Below, in pieces: positions 26,078 to 37,139 of a DNA stretch of 43,557 bases. Under the pieces are notes generated by a model. It did no database searches and was not told the DNA's origin. It worked only from the letters and a program-made list of their open reading frames with translations. This DNA is from Ignavibacteriales bacterium (GTDB lineage Bacteria > Bacteroidota > Ignavibacteria > Ignavibacteriales > Melioribacteraceae). Both the position numbers and the translations under genes were made by a program. The stretch spans positions 1-43,557 of the forward strand of contig JAFGID010000185.1 in the NCBI GenBank assembly GCA_016929735.1. Reading direction: 5' to 3'. How positions within the stretch are numbered: the first letter of the stretch is position 1; each line of letters starts with the position of its first letter.

Positions 26078-27511
26078 TTATTCAGGAAATACTATTACCT
26101 GTGAACGCAACGATTTTGGAAATTGGCTTTTCAATCCTTCTTTAGTCATCACAGCGGTTCCGATAAAATAGTCATTATATTTAACCAATTTTTGTCCTAG
26201 AGGTTCAATGATATTTTTAATAGTACCACCCGTGAAAAATATTTCCGAATCTTTTTTATTGTTAATATGAACAATATTTTTTGTTGCATATTCTCCAAAT
26301 ATTTTTACTCCGTTATAATATAAATTTGACCTACCGTGATTGTCCAAATATCCCAATTGTAAACCGAATTTATAAAAATTCTGGATTTCATCTTCGTACC
26401 AGTCATCATTTGCAAAATGAATATCATTTTTTCTGACAATAAATTTATAATTTTGAAATACATTATTTTGTATTCCATAATATTCTGAAAGTCCATTGAG
26501 AAATTCCGAAATAATTTTTTTATTACAACTAAGCAGATGTTCCGTTATTTTTGGCTTATCTGAATGTAAAATGTTTTTTTGTATCTGTTCTGTCTTCACA
26601 AGCTTAGCAACGAAAAATCCTTCCGAATTTATTTCCCAAGGAATTATTCTTTTTGTTCTTGCAAGTTCATCTGAAAATTTATTCTCTTGATAACTCGTAA
26701 AACCATTGTGAGATTTTACAGGCAATTTAATATCAACTAATTCTAAAGGATATTTATTTATGATTTTGTTAATCAACCATTCATTTTCTTCTACCGTCAT
26801 TGTGCAAGTTGAATAAACAATCTCACCACCAACTTTTAACATCTTAGCTGCACTCACCAGAAGATGATATTGAAGTTGCTGCAATCTTTCGATATGTTCT
26901 AAACTCCACCACTTGTTGATTTCATCATACTTGTTCAAAATCCCCAAACCGCTGCATGGAGCATCAACTAAAACTTTATCAAAATAATTATTGTAAAGAT
27001 TGCATAGGTTCTCACCTTTTTGAAAAAGGACGGCGGTATTGAGAAGATTAAATCTTTCTACGTTATTTATGAGACCCCTTATTCTTTTAGGGTTTACTTC
27101 ATTTGAAAATAATTTTCCACGATAGTTCATTAAATTTGCAATTTGTGTAGTCTTTGAACCAGGTGCAGCACATAGATCCAACACCTTTTCATTTTTATTT
27201 GGATTTAAAATAATTGGTGGTAGCATTGAAGATAAACTTTGAATGTAATAATAACCAAGAATGTATTCAATTGTTTTTCCAATAATGTTATCACCATTTT
27301 TGACTCGAAATGCTGATGGAATATTTTTTATCTCTTCTAATTCAATGCCGTATTTTTGTAAGTTTTGGACAATTTTATTTTCATCTGTTGTGCTGATAAG
27401 TCTAATGTAATATTTTCCTTCTTGCGAAGCATAATGTTCGTAGTTTTCTAAAAAGTTTTCGTCGTATAGTTGTAAAAAGTAATCCGATATGTTCTGGCTA
27501 AAATTGTTCAA
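26078..27511 (-). CDS. rRNA cytosine-C5 methyltransferase, RsmB/RsmF (NOL1/NOP2/Sun) family
   Basis: DLCAAPGSKTTQIA (SAM motif), VLVDAPCSGLGIL and VYSTCTMTVEENE (the two catalytic Cys motifs). At 477 aa with an extra C-terminal domain, it resembles RsmF. Confidence 0.82.
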   Translation of the reverse strand: MNNFSQNISDYFLQLYDENFLENYEHYASQEGKYYIRLISTTDENKIVQNLQKYGIELEEIKNIPSAFRVKNGDNIIGKTIEYILGYYYIQSLSSMLPPIILNPNKNEKVLDLCAAPGSKTTQIANLMNYRGKLFSNEVNPKRIRGLINNVERFNLLNTAVLFQKGENLCNLYNNYFDKVLVDAPCSGLGILNKYDEINKWWSLEHIERLQQLQYHLLVSAAKMLKVGGEIVYSTCTMTVEENEWLINKIINKYPLELVDIKLPVKSHNGFTSYQENKFSDELARTKRIIPWEINSEGFFVAKLVKTEQIQKNILHSDKPKITEHLLSCNKKIISEFLNGLSEYYGIQNNVFQNYKFIVRKNDIHFANDDWYEDEIQNFYKFGLQLGYLDNHGRSNLYYNGVKIFGEYATKNIVHINNKKDSEIFFTGGTIKNIIEPLGQKLVKYNDYFIGTAVMTKEGLKSQFPKSLRSQVIVFPE

Positions 27512-27518
27512 TTAAAAA

Positions 27519-27956
27519 TTATCCTTCTTTTCTGTATCTATGTAAATTCAATTTATTCATAATTTCTGTAAATATATGTTGTAGTATTTGTGACTCAGGA
27601 AAAGTATTCTTAAAATCATCACGTAATTTCTTGAATATTTCATCAAGATGATTTTCATAATTTTGAACTGTATTTATTAAATCAACTTTCTCTATTGGAA
27701 TTTTAATTTCCTTTGGTAAGTTTCTATTTGCATACAGAATATATTTTGCCGAGTTAAAATCATCTGTCAGGTAAAATACTTCTTTATCAACTGTCAATAT
27801 CTCATAACCACCGAATATCTCGTTTCCAAGAATCAATAATTTACCAGGCATTGAAAAACTTGTTATTTTAATTTTTTCAAGAAAATCGTCTGGAAAAATT
27901 TTCAATTCATCCTGAATGTTTTCTATCCAATTATTGACAAAATCCTTTTCATTCAT
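27519..27956 (-). CDS. Hypothetical protein
   Basis: A 145-aa ORF ending 7 nt upstream of the methyltransferase gene on the same strand. I recognised no motif. Confidence 0.5.
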   Translation of the reverse strand: MNEKDFVNNWIENIQDELKIFPDDFLEKIKITSFSMPGKLLILGNEIFGGYEILTVDKEVFYLTDDFNSAKYILYANRNLPKEIKIPIEKVDLINTVQNYENHLDEIFKKLRDDFKNTFPESQILQHIFTEIMNKLNLHRYRKEG

Positions 27957-28140
27957 CTTAGTCTATTTTTTTTTATTGCACTTTTAAATATAAAATTGTT
28001 ATAAGTATTTGTAAAACTTACTTTAAGAAAATTTACTAATAAGAAGAAATTTGACCTAATAAAGAATAAGATTTTTTTCATTATCATTCACTTGCTTATC
28101 TTTGCTGGTCAAATTTTCAAGACTTAATTGAAATTTAAAA

Positions 28141-29100
28141 ATGTTGAACATTATAATTCTAATCGGTGGATTTTTCCCTCTAATTTTCGGAGCAAATTAT
28201 TTAGTTGATTATGCTTCTTCTTTAGCAAAAAAATTGAACATACCAAATATTGTAATTGGTCTTACTATAGTTGCATTTGGAACTTCCGCTCCTGAGCTGA
28301 TTGTCAATTTATTTGCCTCATTAAATCACAATTCTGCTTTGGTATTAGGCAACGTTGTTGGCAGCAATCTTTTCAACGTGATGATGATCTTGGGCTTGTC
28401 TGCTGTTATTTATCCATTAGCAATTAAGTCGAACACTACGTGGATTGAAGTGCCGCTATGTTTTTTATCTGCCGCTTTGCTTTTTGTTGTTGCTAACGAT
28501 TCCATTATTGACGGTTTGGGGCAATCAATTGTTTCGAGAACGGATGGAATAATCTTATTATTCTTTTTTATAATATTCATCGTTTATAATATACGTGCAA
28601 TGCTGAGGGGTGAAATTTCGGATGAAATAGAAGTTAAGGATGCGAGCATATCAAAATCTCTTGTATTTATTTTGCTTGGAATATTGTTACTTGTTATAGG
28701 TGGGAAAGCAATTGAATATTCAGCAGTAGAAGTTGCAAGACTTTTAAATATTTCCGACAGAATAATTGCTTTAACAATCGTATCGGTTGGCACTTCGCTA
28801 CCTGAATTAGCTACATCAATTGTAGCAGCGAAAAAACGGAATACAGATATTGCGATTGGAAATATTGTTGGCTCAAATATCTTTAATGTATTTCTAATTC
28901 TTGGTGTAAGTTCGACTGTTTACCCTGTGATGGTTAGTCAAGAATCCAATCTTGATATGCTGTTGAATATATTTATATCACTACTACTTTTTATTTTCAT
29001 CTTTACTGGAAAGGGAAGAAGGATTGATAGATGGGAAGGTGGCTTGTTTGTTGCATTATATGTGATATATGTATTTCTAATATTAGTAATAAAAGGTTAA
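28141..29100 (+). CDS. Ca2+/Na+ antiporter, CaCA family (YrbG-like)
   Basis: Two alpha-repeat motifs, GTSAPELIVNLFAS and GTSLPELATSIVAA, each followed by GNVVGSN/GNIVGSN. About 10 TM segments. Confidence 0.88.
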   Translation: MLNIIILIGGFFPLIFGANYLVDYASSLAKKLNIPNIVIGLTIVAFGTSAPELIVNLFASLNHNSALVLGNVVGSNLFNVMMILGLSAVIYPLAIKSNTTWIEVPLCFLSAALLFVVANDSIIDGLGQSIVSRTDGIILLFFFIIFIVYNIRAMLRGEISDEIEVKDASISKSLVFILLGILLLVIGGKAIEYSAVEVARLLNISDRIIALTIVSVGTSLPELATSIVAAKKRNTDIAIGNIVGSNIFNVFLILGVSSTVYPVMVSQESNLDMLLNIFISLLLFIFIFTGKGRRIDRWEGGLFVALYVIYVFLILVIKG

Positions 29101-29228
29101 GCATAAACTTTTAAGAATACACATTTAATTTTATCAATAATATTTGCCTCAATTTAGTAATTTTATTTTACCTCATTTATTGGTAATTTTGCCTTATAAA
29201 ATAATATTATTAATTATTCACAATTTAT

Positions 29229-29762
29229 ATGAATACATTTAGATATTCAACGTTTGCTAATTTTGTCTATTGGCAAGCGAATTTTCCGCTGTCAATAATA
29301 ACTTTATTACATGCGGTGGTAAGTGCAATGGTAATACCAGAAAAACCAATCTATATTATTTGGTTAATACTTGACCTTGCGATCGTTACTATTCTCAATT
29401 GGTTTTATTTTAGAAATTATAAAATATTTCCACGAAAAATTGATTTAACCGAGAAAGGAATTATTTGTTATGATTATATTTTCTCGAAGAAACAAATAAT
29501 AATCGATTTTGACGATATAAATGATATGAGAGGGGGACCACTTGCTGGAACGCAACATAAACCAATTTATATTTATTCGGATAAGAAAAATGCAGTTGTT
29601 GGGATTAAACCTCATCTGAAAAATTACAATCAATTTTTAACGCTAATACTAAGTAAAGTTAAGAAAGAGTTATATGATGATATAATTAACAGAGTGGATG
29701 AATTAGGAAAAATTCTTAAAAGCAAAAGAGAGAAAAGAAAATCAAAGAAAAAGAAAAAATAA
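29229..29762 (+). CDS. Hypothetical membrane protein with a lysine-rich C-terminal tail
   Basis: Two N-terminal TM helices, then a soluble domain and a KREKRKSKKKKK tail. It ends 4 nt before the next gene. Confidence 0.5.
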   Translation: MNTFRYSTFANFVYWQANFPLSIITLLHAVVSAMVIPEKPIYIIWLILDLAIVTILNWFYFRNYKIFPRKIDLTEKGIICYDYIFSKKQIIIDFDDINDMRGGPLAGTQHKPIYIYSDKKNAVVGIKPHLKNYNQFLTLILSKVKKELYDDIINRVDELGKILKSKREKRKSKKKKK

Positions 29763-29766
29763 TTTT

Positions 29767-31833
29767 ATGAAAAAATCTATCTACATTTTTTATATTTCTT
29801 TATTACTTGTAACAAATTGTTTCGGATTTTTTGATTTTAGTTTGCACTTGAATTTTGAATTACAAATTGTTGACACAAATAAAATTCAGGACACGACTTC
29901 TTTGCAGGATACAACAATAAAAATTGATACAACACAACAAGTAAGAGCCGATACACTTTTCCCAATTCAATTTTCAACAATTCAGTCTAAAGCACAATAC
30001 AGCACAATATTACATCGCGAGGAAATAAAATGGTATGATTATCGTTATCTTGGGGATATTTTTTCTTATCTACCTACTGGTTTTTTACAGGATTTAGGTT
30101 CGTTTGGACAACCAAGCGAAATTATTCTTTATGGGCTTGGTCATAATAACATTTCATACATCGCAGATGGAACTCCGATAAATAATAGAATTCAAAATTC
30201 GTTTGATGCAAATAATTTCTCATTAGAAATTATTGATTCACTTGAGGTGGTGCCCTTGCCTCGAGGTTTTCTATATGGTTCCCAAAATAATCCGATTTCA
30301 GTTAATTTTATTACTAAAGATGAAATTTCGCTGAGACCATTTTCGCGAATAAGATTTCATCAAGCACCTTACGAAGAAGGTATGATTGATGCAATGCTCA
30401 ATATGTATCCCTTTAAGAAAGTTAATTTTACTTTTCAACTTAGTAATTCGAGCATAGAACCTGTTGCAAGGTATGCAAGAAATAATTTATATGGTTATTC
30501 AAGTGCAGACGCAGGAATATGGATGCTCAATACAAAAATAAAATATTTTCTTTCTAATAAAATAAATTTTCTCGCTGGTTATCATTGGGTGAGCAGTAAG
30601 GTATTTTTGAATGGTGGGGCAATGAGTACAGATGGTTTAGATGAATTGCCTTACCAAGTGTTTTATGATTCAAGATATCAATTGCAAAACCAACATAATT
30701 TTAATCTTAAAGTTCTCACAAAATTTATAAAGTCCTTCCCCTCAACATTAAATTTGTATTATCACTACAATGAAATTAAATTCAGGCAAAATGAATATGA
30801 AGAAGCGATTGCAACACCAATTATTTTTGATGATAACAAATACCATCTGTTGGGTACCAATTTATACCAAAATCTGAATTTGAAATATTTTAATGGTGAA
30901 ATTATTTTAGGTTATGAATATGCAAAATATAAAACTGACTTATTAAACAATAATGAAAGTATATCAACCTCTTTTCTATCGGGTAAAATTAATTTCCCTT
31001 TAATGAAAGATTTGTTAATACCCAGTGTGTATGGAAAGATTTTATACCAACAAGAAAAAACATATCAGGGGTTGGGTGCTGATGTAAATTTAAATATTTC
31101 CAAGAAAGTAAATTTATATGTAGGCTTTTCATTTTTTGACAGGCCATTAAATATAATCGAAAAATATTTTTCAAATGCAACGATAGAGAAACAAAAATAC
31201 AAGGTATTTGAAATGGGTACCAAAGTAAATTTAGGTAAATTAAAAGCGAGCGCTTCATTTTTCACATCGAAAATAGAAAACAATTCTTTGCCTGTTATAA
31301 ATATTTATTCGGATACACTTCTTGTTACAAATGTTGGTTTTTATACTTTTGTTGAATCGGTACGAAGTGGTGTAAGTATAAATATCAGCTACAGTATATG
31401 GAAATTACTTTTTTCGTTTAACTCAACATACAATTATGCAAATGATGCTGAAAAGCTATATCGTGTTCCAGATATTACAGCAGTTGGTGGTGTTTATTAT
31501 GTTGACACTTTATTTGAGAAAAACTTAAAACTCAAAGCGGGATTAAATTTTAAATATTTCGGTAACAGGGATTATCAAATTTATGATTTTGAAAAAAATA
31601 TTTCTGCTTTGCATTATTTCCATCAATCTTTAGGAAATTTAAATTTTCTAAGTGCCACTTTATTCAAGCCAAAATTTCAAATAGATATTTTTATTGCAGG
31701 ACAAATAAAATCAAATGCAGTTCTATATTTTGTATTTGAAAATTTACTTAATCAAACAAATTATATAATACCATATTATCCCAAGCAGGAGCGAGGTATA
31801 AGATTTGGCTTCTCTTGGCAATTTTTAGATTAG
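29767..31833 (+). CDS. Outer-membrane beta-barrel protein, TonB-dependent-receptor-like (plug + barrel)
   Basis: Signal peptide and a plug-like segment (LGDIFSYLPTGFLQDLGSFGQPSEIILYG...ADGTPINN), then a long Y/F/N/G-rich barrel. It is divergent and I identified no clear TonB box. Confidence 0.6.
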   Translation: MKKSIYIFYISLLLVTNCFGFFDFSLHLNFELQIVDTNKIQDTTSLQDTTIKIDTTQQVRADTLFPIQFSTIQSKAQYSTILHREEIKWYDYRYLGDIFSYLPTGFLQDLGSFGQPSEIILYGLGHNNISYIADGTPINNRIQNSFDANNFSLEIIDSLEVVPLPRGFLYGSQNNPISVNFITKDEISLRPFSRIRFHQAPYEEGMIDAMLNMYPFKKVNFTFQLSNSSIEPVARYARNNLYGYSSADAGIWMLNTKIKYFLSNKINFLAGYHWVSSKVFLNGGAMSTDGLDELPYQVFYDSRYQLQNQHNFNLKVLTKFIKSFPSTLNLYYHYNEIKFRQNEYEEAIATPIIFDDNKYHLLGTNLYQNLNLKYFNGEIILGYEYAKYKTDLLNNNESISTSFLSGKINFPLMKDLLIPSVYGKILYQQEKTYQGLGADVNLNISKKVNLYVGFSFFDRPLNIIEKYFSNATIEKQKYKVFEMGTKVNLGKLKASASFFTSKIENNSLPVINIYSDTLLVTNVGFYTFVESVRSGVSINISYSIWKLLFSFNSTYNYANDAEKLYRVPDITAVGGVYYVDTLFEKNLKLKAGLNFKYFGNRDYQIYDFEKNISALHYFHQSLGNLNFLSATLFKPKFQIDIFIAGQIKSNAVLYFVFENLLNQTNYIIPYYPKQERGIRFGFSWQFLD

Positions 31834-31850
31834 AGATACAGGAGGATAAA

Positions 31851-34682
31851 ATGAAATTGAAAATTTTATTGTTTTTCACCATATTAGTATTGGGAGTTTT
31901 AAAAGGGCAGCTAATCACTTGGACACCTGTTAGTGTTACGGAAGATGATTCTGTCATAGTTTATTTTGATGCCACACAGGGTAGTGGCGGACTTGCCGGC
32001 TATACTGGTGATGTCTATGCTCACACCGGTGTATTAACAGATATTAGTGTAAACACAGGAGATTGGAAAGCAGTCAAAACTAATTGGGGACAAAATACCC
32101 CTGAAACAAAGTGCGAAAGAATAGCACCTGATTTGTATAAATTTGTAATTCGCCCTTCTGTTAAAGAATTTTATCCCCTTGACCCCGATGGTTCTGACGG
32201 AGAAGAATATTTATATATTGCTTTTGTATTTAGAAGTGCAACAAGTCCGTATCTTGAAGGTAAGACAGCTGACGGAGGTGATATATTCTTACCAATGGGA
32301 AGTATTGTTAAAATATTTTCACCAGAGGAAAAAATATTTTTTGTAGAAAGATATGACAATGTAACTATCAAGGCAATTGCTCACGAAAACAGTGATACAC
32401 TTAAATTATTTATAGACGATATCCTCGAAACTTATGTTTTAAGTGATACACTTGATTATATAATTTCCGCAGATGACTATGGAATTAAAAATGTAAAAGT
32501 GTCTGCATTCAATGACTCCGGATTTTTGGGCTCTGATTCATTCGCTTATGTGGTAAGTCCCCCGGTAACAAAAGAAAATTTACCTGCTAGCGTTTGTCAG
32601 GGAATAAACTATACAAGTGATACTTCTGTTGTGCTTGTTTTGTTTGCACCAAACAAGAAGAATGCTTTTGTGCTTGGTGATTTTAATGATTGGAAGGTTA
32701 ATTTAAATTATTATATGAAAAGGACACTTGACGATTCAACTTACTGGTTGCAAATTAATGGTCTAAATGTCGGAGAAGAATATGCATATCAGTATTTGGT
32801 TGACGAAGAATTATTCATTGCAGACCCTTACACAGATAAAATTCTCGATCCTTGGAATGATAAATATATCACAAGTGCAACTTACCCCGACTTAAAAGCA
32901 TATCCAACAGGAAAAGCAACGGGAATCGTTTCTGTATTGCAAACTGCACAAACTCCTCATGTATGGAATGATTCAAGTTTTATTCGTCCAGCTAAAACTG
33001 ATTTGGTGATTTACGAATTGTTGATTCGTGATTTCAGAAGTCAACATACTTTCCAATCTGTGATTGATAGTATTCCATATCTCAAACGGCTTGGTGTTAA
33101 TGCAATTGAATTGATGCCTGTAAATGAATTTGAAGGGAACAATAGTTGGGGTTATAATCCATCATTCTATTTTGCTCCAGATAAATATTATGGACCGAAA
33201 AATAAGCTTAAAGAACTGATTGATGTTTGTCATCAAAATGGAATTGCAGTTATTATGGATATTGTTTTAAATCATTCTTATGGTCAATCTCCACTTGTTA
33301 AACTTTATTGGGATGAAGTTAATAACCGACCGGCACCTGATAATCTTTGGTATAATTTTGTATCGCCTAATCCTGTTTATTCATGGGGATATGATTTCAA
33401 TCATCAGAGTCCTCATACAAAAGCGTTTGTTGATAGCGTGAATAAATATTGGTTAATTGAATATCATTTTGATGGTTTTAGATTTGATTTTACAAAGGGA
33501 TTTACAAATACCCCGGGTGACGGAAGTGGTTATGATTTACAAAGAATTAATATACTAAAAAGAATGGCTGATAAAATCTACGAAATTGATTCTACATATT
33601 ATGTTATACTAGAACATTTTGCTCCTAATACTGAAGAGATTGTATTATCTGATTATGGAATGATGTTGTGGGGAAATATGAATTATAATTACGGTGAAGC
33701 TTCAATGGGTTGGAATCAGAGCGGAAAATCAAATTTTCAAGGAGTTTCTTATAAATATAGAAACTGGAATTTCCCCCATCTTGTTGGCTATATGGAAAGT
33801 CACGATGAAGAAAGAATTATGTATAAAAATTTGAATTATGGAAATCTAAGTGGAACATACAATATAAAAAATTCTACAACGGCACTGAACCGCATAAAAT
33901 TGATATCAGCGTTTTTCTTTACTATTCCAGGACCTAAAATGATCTGGCAGTTTGAAGAACTCGGCTACGATTACTCAATTGATTACAACGGCAGAACAGG
34001 TGAAAAACCAATTCGTTGGGATTACTATCAGAATACAGAAAGAAAAAAGTTGTACAAGACGATGAAAGAATTAATTAATTTGAAGAAGAATTACGAAGTA
34101 TTTCGAACAGCCGATTTTTGGATTGATGTGGCAGATGAAACAAAAGAGATACATCTTAATCATCCGACTATGAATGTAACAATTCTCGGAAATTTCGATG
34201 TAATAAATCAATCAATGATACCAAATTTTCAGCATACAGGAACGTGGTATGAATTTTTTCGAGGCGATAGTATAATAGTTGCTGATACAGCTGCTTTAGT
34301 ATTTTTGAAACCCGGTGAATTCAGAATTTATACAACTGTTAAATTACCAACACCCGAAGAAGGAATTGCGACTGATATTAAAATATTAAAAGCAGAAATT
34401 ATAGAAGAATATCGGCTTGAACAGAACTATCCTAATCCATTTAATCCGAAAACTTTAATCCGCTATGCAATACCGTTAGATGTCAAAGGAAAAACGTCAA
34501 ATGTTTTATTGAAGGTTTATGATATTCTTGGACAAGAAGTTACAACTTTGGTTAATGAAGAAAAAGCTCCGGGAATTTACCAAGTTGAATTTAATGCAGG
34601 CAATTTAACAAGTGGAATCTATATGTACAGAATACAGGTGAATGATATTTTAATAACTAAGAAAATGATTTTGTTGAAGTGA
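31851..34682 (+). CDS. GH13 alpha-amylase-family glycosidase with N-terminal binding modules and a T9SS C-terminal sorting domain
   Basis: GH13 regions GVNAIELMPVNEF, DIVLNHS, GFRFDFTKG, LEHF and YMESHDEER, plus a CBM48/E-set-like segment (FAPNKKNAFVLGDFNDW). The C-terminal NYPNPFNPKT...VYDILGQEV...SGIYMYRI is T9SS CTD-type. The start is set at the ATG preceded by ggagga. Confidence 0.85.
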   Translation: MKLKILLFFTILVLGVLKGQLITWTPVSVTEDDSVIVYFDATQGSGGLAGYTGDVYAHTGVLTDISVNTGDWKAVKTNWGQNTPETKCERIAPDLYKFVIRPSVKEFYPLDPDGSDGEEYLYIAFVFRSATSPYLEGKTADGGDIFLPMGSIVKIFSPEEKIFFVERYDNVTIKAIAHENSDTLKLFIDDILETYVLSDTLDYIISADDYGIKNVKVSAFNDSGFLGSDSFAYVVSPPVTKENLPASVCQGINYTSDTSVVLVLFAPNKKNAFVLGDFNDWKVNLNYYMKRTLDDSTYWLQINGLNVGEEYAYQYLVDEELFIADPYTDKILDPWNDKYITSATYPDLKAYPTGKATGIVSVLQTAQTPHVWNDSSFIRPAKTDLVIYELLIRDFRSQHTFQSVIDSIPYLKRLGVNAIELMPVNEFEGNNSWGYNPSFYFAPDKYYGPKNKLKELIDVCHQNGIAVIMDIVLNHSYGQSPLVKLYWDEVNNRPAPDNLWYNFVSPNPVYSWGYDFNHQSPHTKAFVDSVNKYWLIEYHFDGFRFDFTKGFTNTPGDGSGYDLQRINILKRMADKIYEIDSTYYVILEHFAPNTEEIVLSDYGMMLWGNMNYNYGEASMGWNQSGKSNFQGVSYKYRNWNFPHLVGYMESHDEERIMYKNLNYGNLSGTYNIKNSTTALNRIKLISAFFFTIPGPKMIWQFEELGYDYSIDYNGRTGEKPIRWDYYQNTERKKLYKTMKELINLKKNYEVFRTADFWIDVADETKEIHLNHPTMNVTILGNFDVINQSMIPNFQHTGTWYEFFRGDSIIVADTAALVFLKPGEFRIYTTVKLPTPEEGIATDIKILKAEIIEEYRLEQNYPNPFNPKTLIRYAIPLDVKGKTSNVLLKVYDILGQEVTTLVNEEKAPGIYQVEFNAGNLTSGIYMYRIQVNDILITKKMILLK

Positions 34683-34709
34683 TTAATAACAAATTAATAT
34701 ATTTAAATT

Positions 34710-36788
34710 ATGAAAAAGTTAAAAATATTATTGTTGTGTTTTCTCTCTTCTCTTTCACTTTATTCGCAAACGCCAACAATTCGAAGTGTAATTGACCAAG
34801 TTAATCTTGATTCTCTAACTTATTTTGTCGAGCAATTATCCGGGGAGGTACCAGTAGTAATCAATGGAACACTTGACACAATAGTTTCACGGCATAAATT
34901 TCAAACAGGCAATGATAAAGCCGCTGATCTTATCAAACAAAAATTACAAAGTTATGGCTTAAATGTTTATGACCAGATATTCAGTGCTACAGGTAGAAAT
35001 GTTTATGCTGTTCAAACAGGAACGAAATATCCCAATCAAAAATATATCATTTGTGCTCATTACGATGATATGCCTTCCGGACCAATTGCCCCCGGAGCAG
35101 ATGATAATGCTAGCGGAACTGCGGCAGTATTAGAAGCAGCAAGATTATTATCTAATTATACTTTTCCTTATACAATAGTTTATGCCTTATGGGATGAGGA
35201 AGAACAAGGATTAGTCGGGAGTAAATATTACGCGAATGATGCACGAAATCAAAATGATTCAATACTTGGTGTGATAAATTTAGATATGATTGCTTATGAT
35301 AGTGATAGCAATTACGTAGCAGATATTCATACAAACGAATTTGAGAGTTCCCAAGATTTAATGAATAAGATGATTGATATTAAAAATATATATGAATTAG
35401 ATATAAACTTTAATATAATTGATCCAGGTAAGCCATGGAGCGACCATAAATCGTTTTGGGATAAAAACTATGGTGCAATTTTGTTAATTGAAGACTATAA
35501 TGATTTTAATGAATTTTATCATAAGGTAACTGACAAAATTTCGGAATTTAATATGAATTATTTTCACAAAATGAGCAAACTAGCGATTTCAACATTAGCT
35601 CTATTTGTAGCTGATTATAATATTAAAATTAAACATACACAATTAGCCTCAAGGAGTGATACAAATGATATTCAGATTTCAGCGGTCTTTCTTACAAGTC
35701 TTGACATTGGAACAGGAATTAATTCACCTCGATTATACTACAAAGCTTTTACTAATACGAGCTTAGTAGATTTTAAAGAAATTATTGGACAGATGGTTTC
35801 AGGTGATACTTTGTATAATTTTACTATTCCAGGTCAACCACTTGGAACAACCGTTCAATATTATCTTGCTGCCCAAGATGAGGATTCTGTTTTTGTTACA
35901 ACATTACCAAATGGCGGATATGGTTTTTCGCCTCCTGGTAAAAATCCTCCAAGTAGACTTTATGAATTTTATATAGGACAAAGTCAAATTGTTTTTGAAG
36001 ATAGTCTTAGTAATCTTAATAATTGGATTACAACAGGTGATTGGGGATTAACAACAAGTAAATTTGTTTCAAGTCCATATTCATTGAGTGATTCACCATA
36101 TTCAAATTATCAAAATAACACTAACTCATATTGTGTACTGAAAGATACTATTGATTTGAATATAGAAAATTGTTTTAAGGTGTTGCTCGAATTTAATACA
36201 CAATGGGTTATTGAAGATAATTACGATTACGGACAGATACTTGTTTCGTCGAATGGTGGAAGTTTTTGGATTCCGTTAGAAGGAGAGTACACAAACGAAG
36301 GGACGGTTAATCAAGCATACGAAGAACCGTTATATGATGGTGGTAGATACAATTGGGTTAACGAGAGAATTGATTTGAGTCGTTTTATTGGCCAGAAAAT
36401 AAAATTAAAATTTTTAATTGTTAGTGATGAGACTATAAATTTCGACGGTTGGTATATTGATGATATTAAAGTTACCGCCTATACATCAACTGCTACTGAT
36501 ATTCAAACACAAAATAATATTCCACTATGCTATACTTTAAACCAAAATTATCCCAATCCATTTAATCCATCTACGGTGATCAGTTATCAGTTACCAGTAA
36601 ACAGTATGGTTCAGATAAAAATTTACAATGTACTTGGACAAGAGATTGCAACATTGGTTAATGAAGAAAAACCCGCAGGAAAGCATAAGGTGGAATTTAA
36701 TGCAAGTAATTTATCAAGTGGTGTTTATATTTATCAGATTAGTGTTAATGATTTTATTGATGTAAAAAAAATGATTTTGATGAAGTGA
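34710..36788 (+). CDS. M28-family peptidase with additional beta-rich domains and a T9SS C-terminal sorting domain
   Basis: CAHYDD, GADDNASGTAAVLE and WDEEEQGLVGS motifs. The C-terminal NYPNPFNPSTVISYQLP...IYNVLGQEI...SGVYIYQI is close to the CTD of the preceding gene. Confidence 0.82.
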   Translation: MKKLKILLLCFLSSLSLYSQTPTIRSVIDQVNLDSLTYFVEQLSGEVPVVINGTLDTIVSRHKFQTGNDKAADLIKQKLQSYGLNVYDQIFSATGRNVYAVQTGTKYPNQKYIICAHYDDMPSGPIAPGADDNASGTAAVLEAARLLSNYTFPYTIVYALWDEEEQGLVGSKYYANDARNQNDSILGVINLDMIAYDSDSNYVADIHTNEFESSQDLMNKMIDIKNIYELDINFNIIDPGKPWSDHKSFWDKNYGAILLIEDYNDFNEFYHKVTDKISEFNMNYFHKMSKLAISTLALFVADYNIKIKHTQLASRSDTNDIQISAVFLTSLDIGTGINSPRLYYKAFTNTSLVDFKEIIGQMVSGDTLYNFTIPGQPLGTTVQYYLAAQDEDSVFVTTLPNGGYGFSPPGKNPPSRLYEFYIGQSQIVFEDSLSNLNNWITTGDWGLTTSKFVSSPYSLSDSPYSNYQNNTNSYCVLKDTIDLNIENCFKVLLEFNTQWVIEDNYDYGQILVSSNGGSFWIPLEGEYTNEGTVNQAYEEPLYDGGRYNWVNERIDLSRFIGQKIKLKFLIVSDETINFDGWYIDDIKVTAYTSTATDIQTQNNIPLCYTLNQNYPNPFNPSTVISYQLPVNSMVQIKIYNVLGQEIATLVNEEKPAGKHKVEFNASNLSSGVYIYQISVNDFIDVKKMILMK

Positions 36789-36854
36789 TGATTAATTGTT
36801 TAATTGTCAAATTGTTGTGAGTGCTTATTTTTAAAAATAATAATCGGAGGATTT

Positions 36855-37139
36855 ATGAAGAATAAAAATTTATTGTTCTTATTTTCGCTTTTAGTAATTA
36901 TTCTATCAAGTTGTGCAGATGCTGTTGATTTATCAAATTGCGTAACCGATGATGTGTATGGATTTTGGGGTGGGTTATGGCATGGAATTATCGCACCATT
37001 CAGTTTTATCATTTCATTATTTGATTCGGATGTCGTTATGTATGCTTGTAACAATAATGGCGGCTGGTATGATTTAGGATTTGTCCTCGGAGCGGGAATT
37101 CTTTTTGGAGGCAGCTGTAAGGCAAGTTGTAAAAAGTAA
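36855..37139 (+). CDS. Small Cys-containing lipoprotein or membrane protein
   Basis: ggagg SD 5 nt upstream and lipobox ILSSC, followed by a Gly/aromatic-rich hydrophobic body. The ORF-track start at 36804 is probably too early. Confidence 0.5.
   Translation: MKNKNLLFLFSLLVIILSSCADAVDLSNCVTDDVYGFWGGLWHGIIAPFSFIISLFDSDVVMYACNNNGGWYDLGFVLGAGILFGGSCKASCKK

Noticed and set aside
36800-37054. 84-aa minus-strand ORF opposite the small lipoprotein gene
   Set aside because: It has no SD and no motif, whereas the + strand ORF has an SD and a lipobox.
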